In this document: one piece after another, positions 36,721 to 47,700 of the stretch
Numbering within the stretch: position 1 is the first letter of the stretch
Layout of the letters: each line of letters opens with the position of its first letter
Assembly (NCBI GenBank): GCA_964187785.1
Contig: OZ076409.1
Coordinates: 99,636,001-99,700,000 of the forward strand
DNA length: 64,000 nucleotides
Reading direction: 5' to 3'
Origin: Amphiscolops sp. MND2022
Taxonomy: Eukaryota
Made by a program: the position numbers and the translations under genes
Notes under the pieces: generated by a model
What the model was told of the DNA's origin: nothing
Databases searched by the model: none
What the model saw: the letters and a program-made list of their open reading frames with translations, nothing else

Positions 36721-37069
36721 ACCCCAGAGTTCAACAAAAAATGGGACACCGTAATTATGTTGTGTTGATATTTGTGTTCATATCTAGCGATACATTACTA
36801 TTTCAAAATAATACTATTAGAATTCTGTTCTTGAATTTGCGTATCTCTGTGATAAACATAACTCCAATTTCAAGTTGTGAAAGATTTTTCATACTCTGCT
36901 GAAGATCAGATACAGTGAAGAGAAACCAACACATCGTACCCCGTTACGTCGCGAGAAGTAGAGGTTATGATAAACCATGGTAAACCAATCGAAAAGTTGG
37001 AGTTAAACAAAATCTGCCAGATTTTATTTAAAAGCAAAACGAGGAAAATTGCCAGAAAATTATGAAACG

Positions 37070-37815
37070 CCATCCAAAATTGAACAATAGTTCCATGACA
37101 CTAATACGGTTCTTTAAAATTTACATATTGAAATACTACTACCTTCGGTAGTTGTTTTCTTACAGTTTAAGATATGTATGCGGTTTCCACGACACGTATA
37201 AAAATATGGTCTTACTTTCCACATTCGCTTTCGTGGCCATCGAACAGTGAATGCTATTTTGGTGGAATCCAAGACAATATGCTCAAAATGGTGGAAACCA
37301 GGACAATACAGTCAGATTTAAATATTGACGTACTACCCCCTTTGGTAGTTGTTTTCTTACAGTTTAAGATTAGTATGCGGTTTCCACGACACATGTATAA
37401 AGATATGGTCTTACTTTCTATAGTCGTTTTGGGACCATTCAAAAACGAGCTCATTCGTTGAGTGCTAATGAAAAAATGGCAATTGATCAAAATCTGCCAT
37501 ATTTTGATGACAAGACAGTTATGAATAAATGCCATGTTTTCAAAAAATGCCATGCAAAATTGATAGGTGTTTTCGTGAGACTAGGACTTTTGAGACAAAT
37601 TTTGTGTTTATTACAAGTCAAGGAGAAAAGTATTCGTTGCTATTACATGTCATGATGGTTGGGACACCGGGGACAAAATATGGGCGGCCTGGTCGCGTTT
37701 ACAATGTTAATATTCAGCTTCAAAATGTTCTGATTCACGGTTCAATAGCAATAGCTGAACAAAGAGAAATTGTTGATCTCACTTGTCCGTAATTAGGATT
37801 CTAATTAATTGTTAG
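37070..37815 (+). repeat. R1 block 13 + cassette B copy 3 (inverted relative to copies 1-2)
   Basis: Reverse complement of ~20290-20950. Extends to ~38040 with ~190 bp that is absent from copies 1-2. Confidence 0.92.
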
Positions 37816-38084
37816 CCCAAAAAGGTTATTTATCAGTGTCCGCGTGTTCATTAAAGAAAGCGAGTAATGCATTAAAGCCACTTTCAGTGTGAAAAAACGC
37901 CAAGGTACCGTGAACAAAAGGGACGTTCCCTTTAGTTGAAATCTTTCAATGTTTGCTGAAAATTCGGTTACTGGTTTAACCAGTCTGGTTATCATTCATT
38001 TGGAATACTGCCTAGCAAAAACGTCCATAATTTCGAAAAAAATTTTCTAACCATAATTTTGATACCTTCATATTATATCGCAAA

Positions 38085-38324
38085 ATGCCTCAGTGCATGG
38101 TCTGCCATGAAGAAACACGAACGAGCCTCCACGACCAACACTTCCTCTGTGAGGGATGCCGCAATCGTTGGATTGAGGTGAAGGATCGCGACAACGAGCG
38201 CAGAGGGTGGGCCCAGGCGAGATTAGAAGTTGCGTGCCCCCTTTGCAGGAAGAACTGTGTCTTAAGGAACGGGCCCAGTGGAAGTGTAAGAATCGATCCG
38301 TTTTTCGGATTTAGGATGCGCTGA
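38085..38324 (+). CDS. Small RING-finger-like protein (79 aa)
   Basis: CMVC...HDQHFLCEGC...W...CPLC spacing of a RING-HC variant; ATG in aaaATG context; intact single-exon ORF. Confidence 0.7.
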   Translation: MPQCMVCHEETRTSLHDQHFLCEGCRNRWIEVKDRDNERRGWAQARLEVACPLCRKNCVLRNGPSGSVRIDPFFGFRMR

Positions 38325-38456
38325 TTGTCATTTAGACTTCTAGTACTAACCATTCCTAGTGCTAAACGACCCCACCATACATAAACTTTTAGTTCTCCCC
38401 AGTATACAGTGCTAAGTGTGTTGTAGAAACACCAGTGGTTTTAGTTTTTATTACAG

Positions 38457-38850
38457 TTATTCGTCGTTCATCGTTCCGCTGCTGTCTTGATTACAAATTG
38501 ACGCAATTATGCCTTTAAGTGTTTTTCTTTCTTGTTCGCATAATTCGTTCTCGCGTTCGCTTTCGCCGCCGGCCGTCCGTTCGCTCTCTCCTGCCACTTT
38601 TTCCTCACCTGTCATCTTTTCTCTGATTGGTTGCTTTGTTACTTCTTGCCGTTTCTGCTGATCTAAAACAATTTTCTCATTATCAATTTTGTTTACTGTA
38701 AACCAGTTATTCCATAGTTCTTTTATTTGGTTATTTTGGTGACTTGGCGAGGGATACCTGGAAAAATAGTCAGCCATTCCTATCGTTCTGCCTGGTGAGT
38801 GCGTTACTGTGAATTGGAACGGTAATAACCTATCTACCCAGCGGGTAGAT
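38457..38850 (-). mobile_element. Gypsy fragment (RNase H end/linker)
   Basis: RWVDRLLPFQFTVTHSPGRTIGMADYFSRYPS...WNNWFTVN. Confidence 0.8.
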
Positions 38851-39419
38851 ATCTACCTATCTCTCTACTTGCAAGGGTGTTAAAAAAATAATTGGTCGAA
38901 AAATGATTAGCAATAAAATAAACACAATTTTTTATTATTAGGAGGTAGCAATTACAATTATTTATTTTTGGATGCAAATAATTGATTGTACTAAAGAACA
39001 CAGTATTGAGACGAGTGCTAATGAGAGCGTCGGAGCGTCAAATGCATCAAATCATTATCATAATAACCAATGCCATATTAGCCAATGCCAAAATATCCAA
39101 CGTTACAAAATAGCTTATGCGGAAATAGCCAACGTGACATAATAATGACATATTCTTGAGGGGCAGATATACACATAGTTTCGAAAATTCTCTATTGCCG
39201 AAACTACCGCCAGGAGTTCTAATTCTTTTATTGAATAGTTTTGTTCAAAGGAGGTTAGAAATTCCCGTTCTGTTTTAGGTGCTGTGTCCGGCGAATTTCA
39301 GAAAGCTGGCAATCCTGACACAGCTGACAATCCCCCTGGTGTTGGCACTTCCCCGCCTGCAGACGTGTATCGCAGCGCCATGTGGAAGGACCCGAAGACA
39401 TTAGTGTCAACATTCAACT

Positions 39420-40465
39420 GAACTTTTGAATTGCATTTTAAGCCAAGTTTCGTTGTTATTAGAAGTCAAACAGTTAAAATATATCCCTAATATCTTTCGT
39501 GAGGACAAAAAGGAGGCCTTTCAGTATACTAAAATGAAAAAAGATTTTGTGATGTTTTGGTCCCAATCGTGAGTAAAAAAATTACTCACGATTGGGACCA
39601 AAATTAGTCATGATTAATTTCACTTTTGAATTGCATTTTTAGCCAAAATTCGTTGCTATTAGAAGTTAGAGAGACAAATCATGTCCATAATACCTTTCGA
39701 GCGAACAAAAGCCGTCCTCTAAAATTGGTAACCAATCGAAAATGTAGATTTAATGAAATGGTACATTTAATGTACCATTTCATTAAATTCTGCCAGTTTT
39801 CAATAGTGAGCCAGATATGAATAAATGTCAGAATATTCTAAAACGTCATTGAATTTTGAGCAATTTTTCCATGACACTAATACGGTATATCAAAATTTCA
39901 TTGTTGACGTACAATAATACAGTCAGAATTAAATATTAACGTACTACCCCCTTCGGTAGTTGTTTTCTTACAGTTTAAGATATGTATGCGGTTTCCGCGA
40001 CACATGTATAATGATATGGTCTTACTTTCCACAGTCGTTTTCGTGGCCATCGAACAGTGAATGCTATTTTGATGGAAACAAGGACAATACAGTCAGATTT
40101 AAATATTGACGTACTACCCCCTTTGGTAGTTGTTTTCTTACAGTTTAAGATATGTATATGGTTTCCACGACACATGTATAAAGACATGGTCTTACTTTCC
40201 ACAATCGTTTTAGGACCATTCAAGAACGAACTCATTCGTTGAATGTTTATGGAAAAATGGCAGTTGATAAAAATCTGCTATATTTTGATGACAAGACAGT
40301 TATAAATAAATGCCATTTTTTAATAAAATGCTTGCAAATTTGTTTTCATGGTTTTCGTGAGACAAAGACTTTTTAAAGCCAAACTTTGTTGCTATTGGAA
40401 GTCAGACATTTAAAATATGTCCAAAAAATCTTTCGTGAGGACGAAAAAGAGGCCTCTTAGTATGC
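39420..40465 (+). repeat. Composite R2 array + R1 block 14; right arm of the long inverted repeat
   Basis: Inverted copy of 25893-26760. 40290-40380 is also an inverted copy of 19840-19935. Confidence 0.9.
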
Positions 40466-40527
40466 CTATTTTCTCAATTTATAAAAGAGGAAATGTTATA
40501 TAGCAAATAACAAATCGTCCAATCAGA

Positions 40528-40600
40528 GGCGCTATGGCCGAATGGTTAGAGCGTTGGCTTCCTAATTATAAAGTATCGAGTTCGAATCTCTCCGACCGCA
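40528..40600 (+). tRNA. tRNA-like sequence (degenerate tRNA-Arg(CCT) pseudogene or SINE head)
   Basis: A box tggccgaatgg, B box gagttcgaatc and loop ttcctaa; the anticodon and acceptor stems pair poorly. Confidence 0.55.
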
Positions 40601-41094
40601 AAATCTTGGAATCCTTCGAAAAAATACATACTAGAAAAATTATATTTTGGTAATCGAACTTTGCTTTCTCGAAATTGTACATACTATTAATAAAGTATCA
40701 TCCTTGTACATACTACTATTATCAAAACTCAATTGCGTATCGTTTAATATAGGTAGTACCACGAGTATTAAGTAGCAACTGGGAGTGTTTGTATGTGTCG
40801 CCTTTTATCAGTATTCGTTTTCGCTTCCTTTGCCTTCGCTTCCTGTGGGTTGTGGCCCGTTACTTTTTGTGATCATCACATTTTGCCCGAAGAAGTCCGT
40901 TTTTGTGCGGTTTAGCTCTCTCCCCTGCGCAGTTCTCGTTCAGCTGTCTAGACCTGGAAATGAGTCAGAATTTTATCCAGTTTACAAAAATGTTTGTTTG
41001 AAATTTCTGTGACAAAAATTATAAAAGTTGGAAATTGCAAATACTGACAAAACTTAATATACTTGGCACTTTTTTTATTTTCATCAATTTAAAA

Positions 41095-41780
41095 AAAAAT
41101 TACATATCAATGGAACTTGTTTTGATTGACACGAAAAATCCAAGAAGTATGAATAGAGATACTCGTGACTGGTACCAAAAATGAAGCAAGTCATCAAATA
41201 ATGGCAGATTGTGATGTTCTGGCAGTTTGTTCAAAACTGGTACTAAACTCGAAAATACGAATATTTGTGTAATATAATGTTCATTTTGCATGATCATTAT
41301 TAGAAAGGCAGAAGAACTTGAATTAATTCAATTTTATATCAAAGGAAATTGTTTTGATTGACACAAAAAATCCAAGAAGTACGAATAGAGATACTCGTGA
41401 CTGGTACCAAAAATGAAGCAAGTCATCAAATAATGGCAGATTGTGATGATCTGGCAGTTTGTTCAAAACTGGTACTAAACTTGAAAATACGAATATTTGT
41501 GTAATATAATATTCATTTTGCATGATCATTATTAGAAAGGCAGAAGAACTTGAATTAATTCAAATTTATATCAAAGGAAATTGTTTTGATTGACACAAAA
41601 AATCCAAGAAGTACGAATAGAGATACTCGTGACTGGTACCAAAAATGAAGCAAGTCATCAAATAATGGCAGATTGTGATGATCTTGCAGTTTTTTCAAAA
41701 CTGGTAATAAACTGAAAAATACAAAAATTTTGTGTGATATTGGTGTGATTGTCTGAATCATTTTGAATTAATATACGAAA
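41095..41780. repeat. 232-bp tandem repeat, ~3 copies
   Basis: gaatagagatactcgtgactggtaccaaaaatgaagc recurs at a 232-bp spacing; shadow ORFs start at 41323 and 41555. Confidence 0.93.
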
Positions 41781-42437
41781 AGTAGTGCATAATATCATGT
41801 TTGTTCAGTCATCCACTTGAATTTAATTCAAACAAGAAATGCCGCGTATCGCGTCCAGCATAAAGTCGTGGAATCCAGGAAATTTACGATTTCTGCAATC
41901 TGATTGGTTCATTTCGGAAAACTTACGTTTTTGTGGAATCCGGGACACCGCTGCATGCCGACAGTTCGTACAGCTAAGCATATGTTACTGGAATCCAGGA
42001 CTAAATCCGTGGAATCCGGGACAAATGACGTAATTTGCCAATTTTGCACGGTTAAAGGTATGGTCTTGGAATCCACGATATTGAACGCACTATGCTGCGC
42101 TTTCAGCAAATAAGGCTTGCCTGTGCACTGTAATGGAGGTTGTTCACCGGGAGGCATTGAAGCTTCGAATAGCGCAGGAGATTCTGCCTGGGAATGATCT
42201 CGGGCATCTGACGGCAAGTCGTCAGAGCGCGAACGCTCTGGGTCGGAACTGGAATAGTCAAACTGCTGGTAGTGGAGACGACTGCCTCCAGCTCGCATTC
42301 TAGTACGCAACCTGGTGTCCATTCAGTGGCGTCTCCTTGATGGTAGCGATACATCTGATGCTTCAGACAGCGGTTCTTCCTCGCGATATGAGGGTTGTTA
42401 GCAGTCATCTCGGATCTCCTCAGCAGAGTGCTCAGGC

Positions 42438-43718
42438 TCAGGATCCTTGACAACGACCACTTCGCCACTCCCCGAGGGAAGCGCAACAAACAAACTCCGT
42501 AGGGCCACCTTGATGAGTTTTCAGCCGCTCAAATTTCACTTTTTGTCCCGAGTCCAGGATATAGACGCGGCCATCTTGTAGTACATGGACAACCTTGTGC
42601 GGACCACGCCAAGCTCTCATCAACTTCGGTGATCCTTTTTGAGGTACATAGCGGCAGAATACCCAAACGGGGTCTCCCACATTGTATGCGTTTGCACGAA
42701 AAGCTCGATCGTACTTTAGCTTTTGACGTTGTTGCGCCTGATGCGTGTTTCTACGCACCAAGTCATGAATCTCTTGCTGGCGAGCAAGAATATGCTCCAC
42801 ATAAGCTCCATGCGATACAAATGATCTGACTGCGAACTCCGGATACAGATAGGTGAGAGGAATAGCCTTTTCGGTCCCTCGGGTCAGCATGTAGGGTGAA
42901 AACCCAGTCGTGGCATGGCGGGTTGAGTTATACGCTCCCATGACTTCATCCAAACGCTGGTCCCAATCTCTCATGCGACGCGAGCAGAATACCCGCAACA
43001 AAGTCAGCAAAGTCCGATTTTGTCGTTCAACCAAGCCTTGGGTGCGCGGATGACCCGCCGTAGAGGTAACTTTTGTGACGTGAGATGCCCTCATGAACTC
43101 ATTGGATACCTCTGAAGTCAAGTTGGGGGCATTGTCTGATTGCATCAGCGTAGGCGTGCCGTGTCTGGCAAACCATTTCTGCAAAAGCAACCTAGACGTG
43201 GTCACTGCATCGTAATCCTCATGGCTGCAGGGTACAGCCTCCGCAAACTTGGAGAAATGGTCAATTATCACCAATATGCCGGTGTTGTTGTTATTGGAGG
43301 GGCATATTTTCGGATGGTCATAGTGGACCAGCTCATTGAAGTACCCACTTTGGATATTTTTCAAGTGAAACCGAACGTCATCCGGCCTGTCACCTACTTG
43401 CTGGCACGTGAGGCACTGACTCACGTACTTACCAACGCTGCCGCGAATACCTTGCCAGGAAAGGCGTTCTTGGATTGGCGACACCACCTTTGCAATGCCT
43501 TGGTGGCCCATGGCATCATGAGCACGAAACAAAATTTCATGCTGGTACATTTGTGGCATTACAATCATGCACGGACGTTCGTGCAGTGGACGTTGCTGAG
43601 GTGGATACTTAACACAAAGAATTCCATTTTTGTTTACAAACAGGAGACTTTTTTTCTGCTTGTAATAGTTACGTGCGAACGCACGCACGCACGTCTTCAG
43701 GAAAAATGTCATGATCAA
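42438..43718 (-). CDS. Gypsy integrase ORF
   Basis: HHCC zinc finger, D-D-E core and GPY/F-like WRGPHKV. Confidence 0.9.
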   Translation of the reverse strand: MIMTFFLKTCVRAFARNYYKQKKSLLFVNKNGILCVKYPPQQRPLHERPCMIVMPQMYQHEILFRAHDAMGHQGIAKVVSPIQERLSWQGIRGSVGKYVSQCLTCQQVGDRPDDVRFHLKNIQSGYFNELVHYDHPKICPSNNNNTGILVIIDHFSKFAEAVPCSHEDYDAVTTSRLLLQKWFARHGTPTLMQSDNAPNLTSEVSNEFMRASHVTKVTSTAGHPRTQGLVERQNRTLLTLLRVFCSRRMRDWDQRLDEVMGAYNSTRHATTGFSPYMLTRGTEKAIPLTYLYPEFAVRSFVSHGAYVEHILARQQEIHDLVRRNTHQAQQRQKLKYDRAFRANAYNVGDPVWVFCRYVPQKGSPKLMRAWRGPHKVVHVLQDGRVYILDSGQKVKFERLKTHQGGPTEFVCCASLGEWRSGRCQGS

Positions 43719-44764
43719 TGGACTCTTGTGCTACCAACTTCTTTATGGCTAGCACATGCACATCACGATTCTGCGCCAAAAGCAGATCCTTGATGCCATG
43801 CACCGTGTTGGCATGTTCATGAAGTTCCGTGTCTATGTCTTTGATGGCTAGGGCAGCTTGCCTAACCACCGTTGGAGCGGAAGCCTTGGCTTGCTCCACT
43901 ATTTCGTCAAGGGCATATGTCATGCGTGAGGGGATATTTGTCACATGTGTAGGCAGCAAGTAATCTTGCCTAGCCTCTTCAGTGACGTCAATCCAGTCCT
44001 CAGGATAATCTGGATAGAAATCTTCGTGAGTTTGCAATGTAGTCACTAGTGCCTCAGGTAGAGGAGCGCGTAGCGCCCTCTACCTTTTCTCAGCGGCCTA
44101 ACGGCGCTTACGCCGTCGTGCAACACGACAAACTGGTTTAGTGTTCCGCAAGTGAGCGGGCAACTGGGGGTGATTGGGTATCACCCGACCATGCAAATCG
44201 AACCAAGGTGCAACGGGCAGCTGGTCAAACTCCTCCTGTGAGAGGAAATTCCATTTGTCCGTTACAGCTGGCAGCTTCTCGAGCTGCTTCTCTCGCCACC
44301 GATAATCATTGGTTCGTTTACTGAGGCCATCGGCATTCCTATGCTGTGTCCTGGGACGATGCTCCACTTTGAAATGGTACTTCTCGAGTGCCATAATCCA
44401 TCGTCCAATCAAGGCCTGATCAGTGGAATACGTTTTGAGCCAAGAGAGAGCTTGATTGTCAACCCGAAGGATGAACTTTCTGAAGCAGAGATAACTGTGA
44501 TTCTTCAAGATGAAATAAGAAGCTGCGTACATTTCAAGCTTGGGAGCGCCATACTTCGCTTGAGTGGCATTCAACTTCTTGCTACCATACACAATTGGTC
44601 TCAGGCGCCTTTCGCCCGGAGGACCCTGCCACTGATGCAAAATGCCGGAAATTGCAACAGCACTGGCATCAGTGTCCAGCACAAATTCGCCCTCCGAGTC
44701 CGGTTGCGCCAAGGCAGTTGCCTCAATCAAAGCCAATTTGATGGCGTTGAAAGCCTGTTGCTGA

Positions 44765-47700
44765 TCATCCTCCCAGGCGAAAGTTGCGCCCAGGCCGGTA
44801 ATAGCATGCAAGGGGGCCACACACAAGCTTGGCATGCCAAGGAATAAACTCTCGATAATAGTTGGCGAAGCCCAAAAAGCTTTGCATCTCTGTTTTGTTC
44901 CTCGGTACTTCCCAATCGCTTAGTTTTGCCACTGCTTTAGGATCAGATTTGATACCTTCGGCAGAGACCACACGTCCCAGGTACTTGATTTCCGACTTCC
45001 TAAAGTCGCACTTAGCGACTCTCATTTTGAAGCCAGCTTCGCGCAGACATTCAAATACCTCGCGTAAGCGTACCCTGTGGTCCTCGACTGTCTCGGTAGC
45101 AATGACGATGTCGTCAATGTACGCCATCACCATGCTTCCTTCCCGGTTCACAATTTTCCGAAGCGCTCGCGCCGCTATGGCTCGCTGGAAAATAGCTGAA
45201 GCGTTACACATCCCAAAGGGCATACGTCGCCATTCAAACAAACCCAGCTCGCAGGCGAAGGCCGTTTTCTGCCTATCTGCTTTGCGGACTGGTATCTGCC
45301 AGAAAGCCCAGGCCAAATCAATGCTAGTGTAAATCTTGGCCTCACCCAAGCGTGAAAGGCTTTCATCGATGCGTGGGAGGGGATACGCGTCCTTTATTGT
45401 GACAGCGTTGAGGGGGCGAAAATCGCAACAGAATCGCAACTCCCCATTTTTCTTTTTGACCGTCACAATCCCACTCGCCCAAGGTGCTAGCGAAGGTTGG
45501 ATCATGCCCAAGGCCAGGAGATTGCGTACTTCTTGATTGGCGCGCTCCGCCTTGTCGGGCGACATTCTTCTCGCGCCTTCACGGTGCGATGTAGCCCCAG
45601 GCTCCAACTCAACAGGATGCTTGGCTATTGTGCAGCGACCAATGTCTGCTTTGTGCTTCAAGAATAGGTCATCAAATTCCGTAAGGATGTTGTTCAGCGA
45701 GTCGCGGGCAAACTGCCCCCACAACTTTTGTACCTCCTCTAACTGAGATTCGGGCCTAGGAATAAGGGCAAAGAGATCAGGGTCAGTGCGCTTTCTGATC
45801 TCGCGCTCTGACAACCCCTCCTCCGATGGGTCTGTAGAGGAGAGAAACTCGAACTCCGACGACGACGAACATTTTGAATGCGAGTTCAGGTCCATTTCAG
45901 AATAAACCCTGTTGACGAACTCATTTGGGGAGTCCGATTTTTCGTCATTTTTGCCTTTGTGCGCTAGCGCACATTGGGGAACTGCATGGTAGACTAGGCG
46001 TACTGGCGCAGCAGTACCAAGCATGGTGCCGCACTTCACTTTCTGGGCATTGCTTGTCAGATTGCCAACAGAGACATAGAACGAACCTGTCTCTCCAACA
46101 GTGGCTATAGTGTCTTCCACGAACATAGTGTTCTTCAGCAATCGGTTCGGTGTTGCAAAGTTAATCACCACATTTCTGAAAGCGAAAGCTTCCAAGTCCG
46201 AAGTGACTAACTTAGCTCGTAAAACAGCACGTTCGAATGGCTGGAGCACTACGTCTTGATCCAAAACTACTGTGCTGGATAAAGCTTCGTCACTCGTCTG
46301 GGCGTGTGCGTGATGCCACACAGGCTTAGCCGGTGCTCGCACCACAATTTTCATGGCGGTCAGATCTACGAACACGTTATATGCTCTCAGGAAACTCCGA
46401 CCCAGCAAGAAATCCTCCAATCTTTGTGCATCATCGACTACCACGAAATTGGTTTCGAGTTCATTTCCACCAAGTTGGAAGCGCACACGCTCCGCTATTC
46501 CAAACGTTTTTATCGTCTTCCCATTAGCAGCATACAAGTCGATTCGATAAGGTTGTAGCGCTACACCTGTCCGCAAGGCTACACGGTTGAAGGCAGCGAA
46601 ACTCATGATTGATACGCCTGACCCCGTGTCGACCATTCCTCTCAGTAGAATAGGGTTAGCATTTTGCACTGCGAAAGATACTACGAGCAACGCACGCTCA
46701 TCTATGCGGGCCTCACCTGTGAGCTCCTGCTTGCTGATGCTATAGCAGCGTAATTCATGTGGGCCTAGACACACTCCTTGAGGGAACACATCTACTACCA
46801 CGCTAGCATCAAATTTCATGTCCACGCCAACTATGTTAGCGTGCACCGGAACAGGCGAGTATGCCGTGCATGTACTATCTTCGCCTTCAGTGTACCATTC
46901 CTTTGGCAGTGGCAAGGAGATCCTCTTGACAGCCGGGTTGCTGGCCAACTCCAGCTTCAATTTTTCCAAGGTCAAATCTGGGCGTATTTGTTGCTCCGAG
47001 GCCAGCACTAGGTGTACAGACAATAAAGTCCGGCCACTAGGGTCAAACGTTGTGGGCTCCAAACCTGTCTGCACCTGCTTTGTGCCACAGGTGAGTGTCA
47101 GTGGAGCATTTACAGTGGCTTGGTCAGCTGGACGTAGCATTAATACCCTGCCAGAGGCAGTAGACAGGGTTTGCGTTGCATCCGGTTTCTTCTTTTCTTC
47201 AGCCCTAGGGCTGAAAGTTTCTGACTGGATTGATAATGTTGGACAACCTGCAGACACCTCAGTTGTGCACGATTTCCATGGGACAGCAGGCGCTGGAACC
47301 GCTGCTGCAGCACCTTGCTGGGACTCACTATGTGGGTCAAGAATATGCTCCGGGCAATGCACCACCAGCTTGCGTCTCGCGCAAGCACTCTGCAAGCAGC
47401 GCGCGGATTGCTCTAAGGTTGCGGTCTGTCTGTATTCAGGCGTTGTGTGTACTGACGCAGCCGGCATCGGCAATCGCGCCGACCGGCGTGCATGGGGTGG
47501 CAGCGATTCATACTGCGGAGCCACTGGTGACCCCGGCACTTGGTCGCTCTGTAGGTACTGATAAGGTACAGTCTCGGTGCACCCTGGGTCACGAGGCTGT
47601 TGTTGGTGACGACTCCTTTGGAGTTCCTGTACAGTGAACCGAAGTGATTCCACGGTAGGTGGGTCGGCTAGATACCCCTCAGTCGCAAACACTACCGTCA

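Noticed and set aside
17465..38324. Assignment to Polinton/Maverick, Helitron or herpesvirus-like (Teratorn) elements
   Set aside because: No pPolB, packaging ATPase, capsid, Rep/helicase or terminase motifs are recognisable in the window; they could lie outside it.
1798..40242. Recurrent ORFs MFSYSLRYVYGFHDTC.../MNGPKTIVESKT... as a gene family
   Set aside because: These are shadow translations of R1. The 199-bp period is not a multiple of 3, and starts and stops vary between copies.
1793..40290. R1 as a CRISPR array or bacterial integron attC array
   Set aside because: Units are 199 bp, occur in both orientations, have kb-scale intron-containing intervening DNA, and there is no cas or intI gene. 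The context is eukaryotic.
40528..40600. Functional tRNA-Arg gene
   Set aside because: The anticodon stem (ttggc/ttata) and acceptor stem do not pair; treated as a pseudogene or SINE head.
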